Below, one piece after another: positions 28,201 through 41,900 of a DNA stretch of 64,000 bases. The stretch comes from Eledone cirrhosa (lineage: Eukaryota). The stretch lies in assembly GCA_964016885.1 (NCBI GenBank), contig OZ024742.1, positions 18,414,001 through 18,478,000 of the forward strand, given 5' to 3'. The stretch's first letter is position 1, and every line of letters begins with the position of its first letter. The position numbers and the translations under genes are program-made. The notes beneath the pieces are model-generated. The model saw only the letters and a program-made list of their open reading frames with translations, was not told the DNA's origin and made no database searches.

Positions 28201-31200
28201 AGACGAAGTGTTGCGACTTACTACGTCTTTTGACAGTAGAGACGAATGGTTGCGACTTACTACGTCTCTTGTCAATGGAGACGAAGGGTTACGACTTACT
28301 ACGTCTCTTGACAATAGAGACGAAGGGTTGTGACTTACTACGTCTCTTGACAATAGAGACGAAGGGTTGTGACTTACTACGTCTCTTGACAATAGAGACG
28401 AAGGGTTGTGACTTACTACGTCTCTTGACAGTAGAGACGAAGGGTTGCGACTTACTACGTCTTTTGACAGTAGTGACGAAGGGTTGCGACTTACTACGTC
28501 TCTTGACAATAGAGACGAAGGGTTGCGACTTACTACGTCTCTTGACAGTAGAGACGAAGGGTTGCGACTTACTACGTCTCTTGACAGTAGAGACGAAGGG
28601 TTACGACTTACTACGTCTCTTGACAATAGAGACGAAGGGTGGCGACCTACTACGTCTCTTGACAATAGAGACGAAGGGTTGCGACTTACTACGTCTCCTG
28701 ACAATGGAGACGAAGGGTTGCGACTTACTACGTCTCTTGTAATGGAGACGAAGGGTTGCGACTTACTACGTCTCTTGACAATGGAGACGAAGGGTTACGA
28801 CTTACTACGTCTTTTGACAGTAGAGACGAAGGGTTGCGACTTACTACGTCTCTTGACAATAGAGACGAAGGTTGCGACTTACTACGTCTCTTGACAGTAG
28901 AGACGAACGGTTGCGACTTACTACGTCTCTTGACAATAGAGACGAAGGGTTACGACTTACTACGTCTCTTGACAGTAGAGCCGAAGGGTTGCGACTTACT
29001 ACGTCTCTTGACAGTAGAGACGAAGGGTTCGAACTTACTACGTCTCTTGATAATAGAGACGAAGGGTTACGACTTACTACGTCTCTTGACAATAGAGACG
29101 AAAGGTTACGACTTACTACGTCTCTTGACAATAGAGACGAAGGTTTACGACTTACTACGTCTCTTGACAGTAGAGCCGAAGGGTTGCGACTTACTACGTC
29201 TCTTGACAATAGAGACGAAGGGTTGTGACTTACTACGTCTCTTGACAGTAGAGACGAAGGGTTACGACTTACTACGTCTCTTGACAATAGAGACGAAGGG
29301 TTGCGACCTACTACGTCTCTTGACAATAGAGACGAAAGGTTGCGACTTACTACGTCTCTTGACAATGGAGACGAATGGTTGCGACTTACTACGTCTCTTG
29401 TAATGGAGACGAAGGGTTGCGACTTACTACGTCTCTTGACAATGGAGACGAAGGGTTACGACTTACTACGTCTCTTGACAATTGAGACGAAGGGTTGCGA
29501 CTTACTACGTCTCTTGACAATAGAGACGAAGGGTTGCGACTTACTACGTCTCTTGACAATAGAGACGAAGGGTTGCGACTTACTACGTCTCTTGACAGTA
29601 GAGACGAAGGGTTACGACTTACTACGTCTCTTGACAATAGAGACGAAGGGTTGCGACTTACTACGTCTCTTGACAATAGAGACGAAGGGTTGCGACTTAC
29701 TACGTCTCTTGACAATAGAGACGAAGGGTTGCGACTTACTACGTCTCTTGACAGTAGAGACGAAGGGTTACGACTTACTACGTCTCTTGACAATAGAGAC
29801 GAAGGTTTGCGACCTACTACGTCTCTTGACAATAGAGACGAAGGGTTGCGACTTACTACGTCTCTTGACAATAGAGACGAAGGGTTGCGACTTACTACGT
29901 CTTTTGACAATGGAGACGAAGGGTCACGACTTACTACGTCTCTTGACAATAGAGACGAAGGGTTGCGACTTACTACGTCTCTTGACAATGGAGACGAAGG
30001 GTTACGACTTACTACGTCTCTTGACAATAGAGAGGAAGGGTTACGACTTACTACGTCTCTTGACAATGGAGACGAAGGGTTGCGACCTACTACGTCTCTT
30101 GACAATAGAGACGAAGGGTTGCGACTTACTACGTCTCTTGACAATGGAGACGAAGGGTTGCGACTTACTACGTCTCTTGTAATGGAGACGAAGGGTTGCG
30201 ACTTACTACGTCTCTTGACAATGGAGACGAAGGGTTACGACTTACTACGTCTCTTGACAATAGAGACGAAGGGTTGCGACTAACTACGTCTCTTGACAGT
30301 AGAGACGAAGGGTTACGACTTACTACGTCTCTTGACAGTAGAGACGAAGGGTTACGACTTACTACGTCTCTTGACAGTAGAGACGAAGGGTTGCGACTTA
30401 CTACGTCTCTTGACAATAGAGACGAAGGGTTGCGACTTACTACGTCTCTTGACAGTAGAGACGAAGGGTTACGACTTACTACGTCTCTTGACAGTAGAGA
30501 CGAAGGGTTACGACTTACTACGTCTCTTGACAATAGAGACGAAGGGTTGCGACCTACTTCGTCTCTTGACAATAGAGACGAAGGGTTACGACTTACTACG
30601 TCTCTTGACAGTAGAGACGAAGGGTTACGACTTACTACGTCTCTTTACAATAGAGACGAAGGGTTACGACTTACTACGTCTCTTGTCAGTAGAGACGAAG
30701 GGTTGTGACTTACTACGTCTCTTGACAGTAGAGACGAAGGGTTGCGACTTACTACGTCTTTTGACAGTAGTGACGAAGGGTTGCGACTTACTACGTCTCT
30801 TGACAATAGAGACGAAGGGTTGCGACTTACTACGTCTCTTGACAGTAGAGACGAAGGGTTACGACTTACTACGTCTCTTGACAGTAGAGACGAAGGGTTA
30901 CGACTTACTACGTCTCTTGACAATAGAGACGAAGGGTTGCGACCTACTACGTCTCTTGACAATAGAGACGAAGGGTTACGACTTACTACGTCTCTTGACA
31001 GTAGAGACGAAGGGTTACGACTTACTACGTCTCTTTACAATAGAGACGAAGGGTTACGACTTACTACGTCTCTTGACAGTAGAGACGAAGGGTTACGACT
31101 TACTACGTCTCTTGACAGTAGAGACGAAGGGTTGCGACTTACTACGTCTCTTGACAATAGAGACGAAGGGTTGCGACTTACTACGTCTCTTGACAGTAGA

Positions 31201-34200
31201 GACGAAGGGTTACGACTTACTACGTCTCTTGACAGTAGAGACGAAGGGTTGCGACTTACTACGTCTCTTGACAATAGAGTCGAATAGTTACGACTTACTA
31301 CGTCTCTTGACAGTAGAGACGAAGGGTTACGACTTACTACGTCTCTTGACAGTAGAGACGAAGGGTTACGACTTACTACGTCTCTTGACAATAGAGACGA
31401 AGGGTTGCGACCTACTACGTCTCTTGACAATAGAGACGAAGGGTTGCGACTTACTACGTCTCTTGACAGTAGAGACGAAGGGTTACGACTTACTACGTCT
31501 CTTTACAATAGAGACGAAGGGTTACGACTTACTACGTCTCTTGACAATAGAGACGAAGGGGTGCGACTTACTACGTCTCTTGACAATGGAGACGAAGGGT
31601 TACGACTTACTACGTCTCTTGACAATAGAGACGAAGGGTTACGACTTACTACGTCTCTTGACAACAGAGACGAAGGGTTACGACTTTCTAAGTCTCTTGA
31701 CAATGGAGACGAAGGGTTGCGACCTACTACGTCTCTTGACAATAGAGACGAAGGGTTGCGACTTACTACGTCTCTTGACAATGGAGACGAAGGGTTGCGA
31801 CTTACTACGTCTCTTGTAATGGAGACGAAGGGTTGCGACTTACTACGTCTCTTGACAATGGAGACGAAAGGTTACGACTTACTACGTCTCTTGACAATAG
31901 AGACGAAGGGTTGCGACTTACTACGTCTCTTGACAATAGAGACGAAGGGTTACGACTTTCTACGTCTCTTGACAATAGAGACGAAGGGTTACGACTTACT
32001 ACGTCTCTTGACAATAGAGACGAAGGGTTGCGACTTACTACGTCTCTTGACAATAGAATCGAAGGGTTACGACTTACTACGTCTCTTGACAGTAGAGACG
32101 AAGGGTTACGACTTACTACGTCTCTTGACAGTAGAGACGAAGGGTTGCGACTTACTACGTCTCTTAACAGTAGAGACGAAGGGTTGCGACTTACTACGTC
32201 TCTTGACAATAGAGACGAAGGGTTGCGACTTACTACGTCTCTTGACAGTAGAGACGAAGGGTTACGACTTACTACGTCTCTTGACAGTAGAGACGAAGGG
32301 TTGCGACTTACTACGTCTCTTGACAGTAGAGACGAAGGGTTACGACTTACTACGTCTCTTGACAGTAGAGACGAAGGGTTGCGACTTACTACGTCTCTTG
32401 ACAGTAGAGACGAAGGGTTGCGACTTACTACATCTCTTGACAGTAGAGACGAAGTGTTGCGACTTACTACGTCTTTTGACAGTAGAGACGAATGGTTGCG
32501 ACTTACTACGTCTCTTGTCAATGGAGACGAAGGGTTACGACTTACTACGTCTCTTGACAATAGAGACGAAGGGTTGTGACTTACTACGTCTCTTGACAAT
32601 AGAGACGAAGGGTTGTGACTTACTACGTCTCTTGACAATAGAGACGAAGGGTTGTGACTTACTACGTCTCTTGACAGTAGAGACGAAGGGTTGCGACTTA
32701 CTACGTCTTTTGACAGTAGTGACGAAGGGTTGCGACTTACTACGTCTCTTGACAATAGAGACGAAGGGTTGCGACTTACTACGTCTCTTGACAGTAGAGA
32801 CGAAGGGTTGCGACTTACTACGTCTCTTGACAGTAGAGACGAAGGGTTGCGACTTACTACGTCTCTTGACAATAGAGACGAAGGGTTGCGACTTACTACG
32901 TCTCTTGACAGTAGAGACGAAGGGTTGCGACTTACTACGTCTCTTGACAGTAGAGACGAAGGGTTACGACTTACTACGTCTCTTGACAATAGAGACGAAG
33001 GGTGGCGACATACTACGTCTCTTGACAATAGAGACGAAGTGTTGCGACTTACTACGTCTCCTGACAATGGAGACGAAGGGTTGCGACTTACTACGTCTCT
33101 TGTAATGGAGACGAAGGGTTGCGACTTACTACGTCTCTTGACAATGGAGACGAAGGGTTACGAATTACTACGTCTTTTGACAGTAGAGACGAAGGGTTGC
33201 GACTTACTACGTCTCTTGACAATAGAGACGAAGGTTGCGACTTACTACGTCTCTTGACAGTAGAGACGAACGGTTGCGACTTACTACGTCTCTTGACAAT
33301 AGAGACGAAGGGTTACGACTTACTACGTCTCTTGACAGTAGAGCCGAAGGGTTGCGACTTACTACGTCTCTTGACAGTAGAGACGAAGGGTTCGAACTTA
33401 CTACGTCTCTTGACAATAGAGACGAAGGGTTACGACTTACTACGTCTCTTGACAATAGAGACGAAAGGTTACGACTTACTACGTCTCTTGACAATAGAGA
33501 CGAAGGTTTACGACTTACTACGTCTCTTGACAGTAGAGCCGAAGGGTTGCGACTTACTACGTCTCTTGACAATAGAGACGAAGGGTTGCGACTTACTACG
33601 TCTCTTGACAGTAGAGACGAAGGGTTACGACTTACTACGTCTCTTGACAATAGAGACGAAGGGTTGCGACCTACTACGTCTCTTGACAATAGAGACGAAA
33701 GGTTGCGACTTACTACGTCTCTTGACAATGGAGACGAATGGTTGCGACTTACTACGTCTCTTGTAATGGAGACGAAGGGTTGCGACTTACTACGTCTCTT
33801 GACAATGGAGACGAAGGGTTACGACTTACTACGTCTCTTGACAATAGAGACGAAGGGTTGCGACTTACTACGTCTCTTGACAATAGAGACGAAGGGTTGC
33901 GACTTACTACGTCTCTTGACAATAGAGACGAAGGGTTGCGACTTACTACGTCTCTTGACAATAGAGACGAAGGGTTGCGACTTACTACGTCTCTTGACAG
34001 TAGAGACGAAGGGTTACGACTTACTACGTCTCTTGACAATAGAGACGAAGGGTTGCGACTTACTACGTCTCTTGACAATAGAGACGAAGGGTTGCGACTT
34101 ACTACGTCTCTTGACAATAGAGACGAAGGGTTGCGACTTACTACGTCTCTTGACAGTAGAGACGAAGGGTTACGACTTACTACGTCTCTTGACAATAGAG

Positions 34201-36199
34201 ACGAAGGTTTGCGACCTACTACGTCTCTTGACAATAGAGACGAAGGGTTGCGACTTACTACGTCTCTTGACAATAGAGACGAAGGGTTGCGACTTACTAC
34301 GTCTCTTGACAATGGAGACGAAGGGTCACGACTTACTACGTCTCTTGACAATAGAGACGAAGGGTTGCGACTTACTACGTCTCTTGACAATGGAGACGAA
34401 GGGTTACGACTTACTACGTCTCTTGACAATAGAGAGGAAGGGTTACGACTTACTACGTCTCTTGACAATGGAGACGAAGGGTTGCGACCTACTACGTCTC
34501 TTGACAATAGAGACGAAGGGTTGCGACTTACTACGTCTCTTGACAATGGAGACGAAGGGTTGCGACTTACTACGTCTCTTGTAATGGAGACGAAGGGTTG
34601 CGACTTACTACGTCTCTTGACAATGGAGACGAAGGGTTACGACTTACTACGTCTCTTGACAATAGAGACGAAGGGTTGCGACTAACTACGTCTCTTGACA
34701 GTAGAGACGAAGGGTTACGACTTACTACGTCTCTTGACAGTAGAGACGAAGGGTTACGACTTACTACGTCTCTTGACAGTAGAGACGAAGGGTTGCGACT
34801 TACTACGTCTCTTGACAATAGAGACGAAGGGTTGCGACTTACTACGTCTCTTGACAGTAGAGACGAAGGGTTACGACTTACTACGTCTCTTGACAGTAGA
34901 GACGAAGGGTTACGACTTACTACGTCTCTTGACAATAGAGACGAAGGGTTGCGACTTACTACGTCTCTTGACAGTAGAGACGAAGGGTTACGACTTACTA
35001 CGTCTCTTGACAATAGAGACGAAGGGTTGCGACTTACTACGTCTCTTGACAATAGAGACGAAGGGTTGCGACTTACTACGTCTCTTGACAATAGAGACGA
35101 AGGGTTGCGACTTACTACGTCTCTTGACAATAGAGACGAAGGGTTGCGACTTACTACGTCTCTTGACAGTAGAGACGAAGGGTTACGACTTACTACGTCT
35201 CTTGACAATAGAGACGAAGGGTTGCGACTTACTACGTCTCTTGACAATAGAGACGAAGGGTTGCGACTTACTACGTCTCTTGACAATAGAGACGAAGGGT
35301 TGCGACTTACTACGTCTCTTGACAGTAGAGACGAAGGGTTACGACTTACTACGTCTCTTGACAATAGAGACGAAGGGTTGCGACTTACTACGTCTCTTGA
35401 CAATGGAGACGAAGGGTTACGACTTACTACGTCTCTTGACAATAGAGAGGAAGGGTTACGACTTACTACGTCTCTTGACAATGGAGACGAAGGGTTGCGA
35501 CCTACTACGTCTCTTGACAATAGAGACGAAGGGTTGCGACTTACTACGTCTCTTGACAATGGCGACGAAGGGTTGCGACTTACTACGTCTCTTGTAATGG
35601 AGACGAAGGGTTGCGACTTACTACGTCTCTTGACAATGGAGACGAAGGGTTACGACTTACTACGTCTCTTGACAATAGAGACGAAGGGTTGCGACTAACT
35701 ACGTCTCTTGACAGTAGAGACGAAGGGTTACGACTTACTACGTCTCTTGACAGTAGAGACGAAGGGTTACGACTTACTACGTCTCTTGACAGTAGAGACG
35801 AAGGGTTGCGACTTACTACGTCTCTTGACAATAGAGACGAAGGGTTGCGACTTACTACGTCTCTTGACAGTAGAGACGAAGGGTTACGACTTACTACGTC
35901 TCTTGACAGTAGAGACGAAGGGTTACGACTTACTACGTCTCTTGACAATAGAGACGAAGGGTTGCGACCTACTACGTCTCTTGACAATAGAGACGAAGGG
36001 TTACGACTTACTACGTCTCTTGACAGTAGAGACGAAGGGTTACGACTTACTACGTCTCTTTACAATAGAGACGAAGGGTTACGACTTACTACGTCTCTTG
36101 TCAGTAGAGACGAAGGGTTGTGACTTACTACGTCTCTTGACAGTAGAGACGAAGGGTTGCGACTTACTACGTCTTTTGACAGTAGTGACGAAGGGTTGC

Positions 36200-37430
36200 G
36201 ACTTACTACGTCTCTTGACAATAGAGACGAAGGGTTGCGACTTACTACGTCTCTTGACAGTAGAGACGAAGGGTTACGACTTACTACGTCTCTTGACAGT
36301 AGAGACGAAGGGTTACGACTTACTACGTCTCTTGACAATAGAGACGAAGGGTTGCGACCTACTACGTCTCTTGACAATAGAGACGAAGGGTTACGACTTA
36401 CTACGTCTCTTGACAGTAGAGACGAAGGGTTACGACTTACTACGTCTCTTTACAATAGAGACGAAGGGTTGCGACTTACTACGTCTCTTGACAGTAGAGA
36501 CGAAGGGTTACGACTTACTACGTCTCTTGACAATAGAGACGAAGGGTTGCGACTTACTACGTCTCTTGTCAGTAGAGACGAAGGGTTGCGACTTACTACG
36601 TCTCTTGACAGTAGAGACGAAGGGTTACGACTTACTACGTCTCTTGACAATAGAGACGAAGGGTGGCGACCTACTACGTCTCTTGACAATAGAGACGAAG
36701 GGTTGCGACTTACTACGTCTCCTGACAATGGAGACGAAGGGTTGCGACTTACTACGTCTCTTGTAATGGAGACGAAGGGTTGCGACTTACTACGTCTCTT
36801 GTCAATGGAGACGAAGAGTTACGACTTACTACGTCTTTTGACAGTAGAGACGAAGGGTTACGACTTACTACGTCTCTTGACAGTAGAGACGAAGGGTTAC
36901 GACTTACTACGTCTCTTGACAATAGAGACGAAGGGTTGCGACCTACTACGTCTCTTGACAATAGAGACGAAGGGTTACGACTTACTACGTCTCTTGACAG
37001 TAGAGACGAAGGGTTACGACTTACTACGTCTCTTTACAATAGAGACGAAGGGTTGCGACTTACTACGTCTCTTGACAGTAGAGACGAAGGGTTACGACTT
37101 ACTACGTCTCTTGACAATAGAGACGAAGGGTTGCGACTTACTACGTCTCTTGTCAGTAGAGACGAAGGGTTGCGACTTACTACGTCTCTTGACAGTAGAG
37201 ACGAAGGGTTACGACTTACTACGTCTCTTGACAATAGAGACGAAGGGTGGCGACCTACTACGTCTCTTGACAATAGAGACGAAGGGTTGCGACTTACTAC
37301 GTCTCCTGACAATGGAGACGAAGGGTTGCGACTTACTACGTCTCTTGTAATGGAGACGAAGGGTTGCGACTTACTACGTCTCTTGTCAATGGAGACGAAG
37401 AGTTACGACTTACTACGTCTTTTGACAGTA
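36200..37430. repeat. Local 584-bp (15-monomer) tandem duplication
   Basis: Identical ORFs at 36450/37034, marker ends at 36,766 and 37,350, and a shared GTCAATGG..GAAGAG variant after each marker. Confidence 0.85.
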
Positions 37431-38929
37431 GAGACGAAGGGTTGCGACTTACTACGTCTCTTGACAATAGAGACGAAGGTTGCGACTTACTACGTCTCTT
37501 GACATTAGAGACGAACGGTTGCGACTTACTACGTCTCTTGACAATAGAGACGAAGGGTTACGACTTACTACGTCTCTTGACAGTAGAGCCGAAGGGTTGC
37601 GACTTACTACGTCTCTTGACAGTAGAGACGAAGGGTTCGAACTTACTACGTCTCTTGAAAATAGAGACGAAGGGTTACGACTTACTACGTCTCTTGACAA
37701 TAGAGACGAAAGGTTACGACTTACTACGTCTCTTGACAATAGAGACGAAGGTTTACCACTTACTACGTCTCTTGACAGTAGAGCCGAAGGGTTGCGAGTA
37801 ACTACGTCTCTTGACAATAGAGACGAAGGGTTGCGACTTACTACGTCTCTTGACAGTAGAGACGAAGGGTTACGACTTACTACGTCTCTTGACAATAGAG
37901 ACGAAGGTTTGCGACCTACTACGTCTCTTGACAATAGAGACGAAAGGTTGCGACTTACTACGTCTCTTGACAATGGAGACGAATGGTTGCGACTTACTAC
38001 GTCTCTTGACAATAGAGACGAAGGGTTGCGACTTACTACGTCTCTTGACAATAGAGACGAAGGGTTGCGACTTACTACGTCTCTTGACAATAGAGACGAA
38101 GGGTTGCGACTTACTACGTCTCTTGACAATAGAGACGAAGGGTTGCGACTTACTACGTCTCTTGACAGTAGAGACGAAGGGTTACGACTTACTACGTCTC
38201 TTGACAATAGAGACGAAGGGTTGCGACTTACTACGTCTCTTGACAATAGAGACGAAGGGTTGCGACTTACTACGTCTCTTGACAATAGAGACGAAGGGTT
38301 GCGACTTACTACGTCTCTTGACAGTAGAGACGAAGGGTTACGACTTACTACGTCTCTTGACAATAGAGACGAAGGGTTGCGACCTACTACGTCTCTTGAC
38401 AATAGAGACGAAGGGTTGCAACTTACTACGTCTCTTGACAATAGAGACGAAGGGTTGCGACTTACTACGTCTCTTGACAATGGAGACGAAGGGTCACGAC
38501 TTACTACGTCTCTTGACAATAGAGACGAAGGGTTGCGACTTACTACGTCTCTTGACAATGGAGACGAAGGGTTACGACTTACTACGTCTCTTGACAATAG
38601 AGAGGAAGGGTTACGACTTACTACGTCTCTTGACAATAGAGACGAAGGGTTACGACTTACTACGTCTCTTGACAATGGAGACGAAGGGTTGCGACCTACT
38701 ACGTCTCTTGACAATAGAGACGAAGGGTTGCGACTTACTACGTCTCTTGACAATGGAGACGAAGGGTTGCGACTTACTACGTCTCTTGTAATAGAGACGA
38801 AGGGTTGCGACTTACTACGTCTCTTGACAATGGAGACGAAGGGTTACGACTTACTACGTCTCTTGACAATAGAGACGAAGGGTTGCGACTTACTACGTCT
38901 CTTGACAGTAGAGACGAAGGGTACGACTT

Positions 38930-41900
38930 ACTACGTCTCTTGACAGTAGAGACGAAGGGTTACGACTTACTACGTCTCTTGACAGTAGAGACGAAGGGTT
39001 GCGACTTACTACGTCTCTTGACAATAGAGACGAAGGGTTGCGACTTACTACGTCTCTTGACAGTAGAGACGAAGGGTTACGACTTACTACGTCTCTTGAC
39101 AGTAGAGACGAAGGGTTACGACTTACTACGTCTCTTGACAATAGAGTCGAAGGGTTACGACTTACTACGTCTCTTGACAGTAGAGACGAAGGGTTACGAC
39201 TTACTACGTCTCTTGACAGTAGAGACGAAGGGTTGCGACTTACTACGTCTCTTGACAGTAGAGACGAAGAGTTGCGACTTACTACGTCTCTTGACAATAG
39301 AGACGAAGGGTTGCGACTTACTACGTCTCTTGAGAGTAGAGACGAAGGGTTACGACTTACTACGTCTCTTGACAGTAGAGACGAAGGGTTGCGACTTACT
39401 ACGTCTCTTGACAATAGAGACGAAGGGTTGCGACCTACTACGTCTCTTGATAATAGAGACGAAGGGTTACGACTTACTACGTCTCTTGACAGTAGAGACG
39501 AAGGGTTACGACTTACTACGTCTCTTGACAATAGAGACGAAGGGTTACGACTTACTACGTCTCTTGACAATAGAGACGAAAATTTACGACTTACTACGTC
39601 TCTTGACAGTAGAGCCGAAGGGTTGCGACTTACTACGTCTCTTGACAATAGAGACGAAGGGTTGCGACCTACTACGTCTCTTGACAATAGAGACGAAGGG
39701 TTGCGACTTACTACGTCTCTTGACAATAGAGACGAAGGGTTGCGACTTACTACGTCTCTTGACAATAGAGACGAAGGGTTGCGACTTACTACGTCTCTTG
39801 ACAGTAGAGACGAAGGGTTGCGACTTACTACGTCTCTTGACAGTAGAGACGAAGGGTTACGACTTACTACGTCTTTTGACAGTAGAGACGAAGGGTTGCG
39901 ACTTACTACGTCTCTTGACAGTAGAGACGAAGGGTTGCGACTTACTACGTCTCTTGACAGTAGAGACGAAGGGTTACGACTTACTACGTCTTTTGACAAT
40001 GGAGACGAAGGGTTGCGACTTACTACGTCTCTTGACAATAGAGACGAACGGTTGCAACTTACTACGTCTCTTGACAATAGAGACGAAGGGTTACGACTTA
40101 CTACGTCTCTTGACAGTAGAGACGAAGGGTTGCGACTTACTACGTTTCTTGACAATAGAAGCGAAGGGTTGCGACTTACTACGTCTCTTGACAGTAGAGA
40201 CGAAGGGTTGCGACTTACTACGTCTCTTGACAATAGAGACGAAGGGTTGCGACTTACTACGTCTCTTGACAATGGAGACGAAGGGTTACGACTTACTACG
40301 TCTCTTGACAATAGAGACGAAGGGTTACGACTTACTACGTCTCTTGACAATAGAGACGAAGGGTTACGACTTACTACGTCTCTTGACAATGGAGACGAAG
40401 GGTTGCGACCTACTACGTCTCTTGACAATAGAGACGAAGGGTTGCGACTTACTACGTCTCTTGACAATGGAGACGAAGGGTTGCGACTTACTACGTCTCT
40501 TGTAATGGAGACGAAGGGTTGCGACTTACTACGTCTCTTGACAATGGAGACGAAGGGTTACGACTTACTACGTCTCTTGACAATAGAGACGAAGGGTTGC
40601 GACTTACTACGTCTCTTGACAATAGAGACGAAGGGTTACGACTTACTACGTCTCTTGACAATAGAGACGAAGGGTTACGACTTACTACGTCTCTTGACAA
40701 TAGAGACGAAGGGTTGCGACTTACTACGTCTCTTGTCAATGGAGACGAAGGGTTGCGACTTACTACGTCTCTTGACAGTAGAGACGAAGGGTTACGACTT
40801 ACTACGTCTCTTGACAGTAGAGACGAAGGGTTACGACTTACTACGTCTCTTGACAGTAGAGACGAAGGGTTGCGACTTACTACGTCTCTTGACAATAGAG
40901 ACGAAGGGTTGCGACTTACTACGTCTCTTGACAGTAGAGACGAAGGGTTACGACTTACTACGTCTCTTGACAGTAGAGACGAAGGGTTACGACTTACTAC
41001 GTCTCTTGACAATAGAGTCGAAGGGTTACGACTTACTACGTCTCTTGACAGTAGAGACGAAGGGTTACGACTTACTACGTCTCTTGACAGTAGAGACGAA
41101 GGGTTGCGACTTACTACGTCTCTTGACAGTAGAGACGAAGAGTTGCGACTTACTACGTCTCTTGACAATAGAGACGAAGGGTTGCGACTTACTACGTCTC
41201 TTGAGAGTAGAGACGAAGGGTTACGACTTACTACGTCTCTTGACAGTAGAGACGAAGGGTTGCGACTTACTACGTCTCTTGACAATAGAGACGAAGGGTT
41301 GCGACCTACTACGTCTCTTGATAATAGAGACGAAGGGTTACGACTTACTACGTCTCTTGACAGTAGAGACGAAGGGTTACGACTTACTACGTCTCTTGAC
41401 AATAGAGACGAAGGGTTACGACTTACTACGTCTCTTGACAATAGAGACGAAAATTTACGACTTACTACGTCTCTTGACAGTAGAGCCGAAGGGTTGCGAC
41501 TTACTACGTCTCTTGACAATAGAGACGAAGGGTTGCGACCTACTACGTCTCTTGACAATAGAGACGAAGGGTTGCGACTTACTACGTCTCTTGACAATAG
41601 AGACGAAGGGTTGCGACTTACTACGTCTCTTGACAATAGAGACGAAGGGTTGCGACTTACTACGTCTCTTGACAGTAGAGACGAAGGGTTGCGACTTACT
41701 ACGTCTCTTGACAGTAGAGACGAAGGGTTACGACTTACTACGTCTTTTGACAGTAGAGACGAAGGGTTGCGACTTACTACGTCTCTTGACAGTAGAGACG
41801 AAGGGTTGCGACTTACTACGTCTCTTGACAGTAGAGACGAAGGGTTGCGACTTACTACGTCTCTTGACAGTAGAGACGAAGGGTTACGACTTACTACGTC

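Larger units (their letters stand above)
1..37500. repeat. Array domain A (left): higher-order blocks of mainly 46, 48 and 30 monomers (1,793, 1,871 and 1,169 bp)
   Basis: Diagnostic variants GAGTCGAATAGTT (10 copies, about 1,115-31,290), CTTTCTAAGTC, AGAATCG, GGGTTGTGA, GGGTGGCGA and TTCGAA occur here and I did not see them after about 37.7 kb. Block lengths are spacings between 38-bp marker monomers. Confidence 0.85.
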
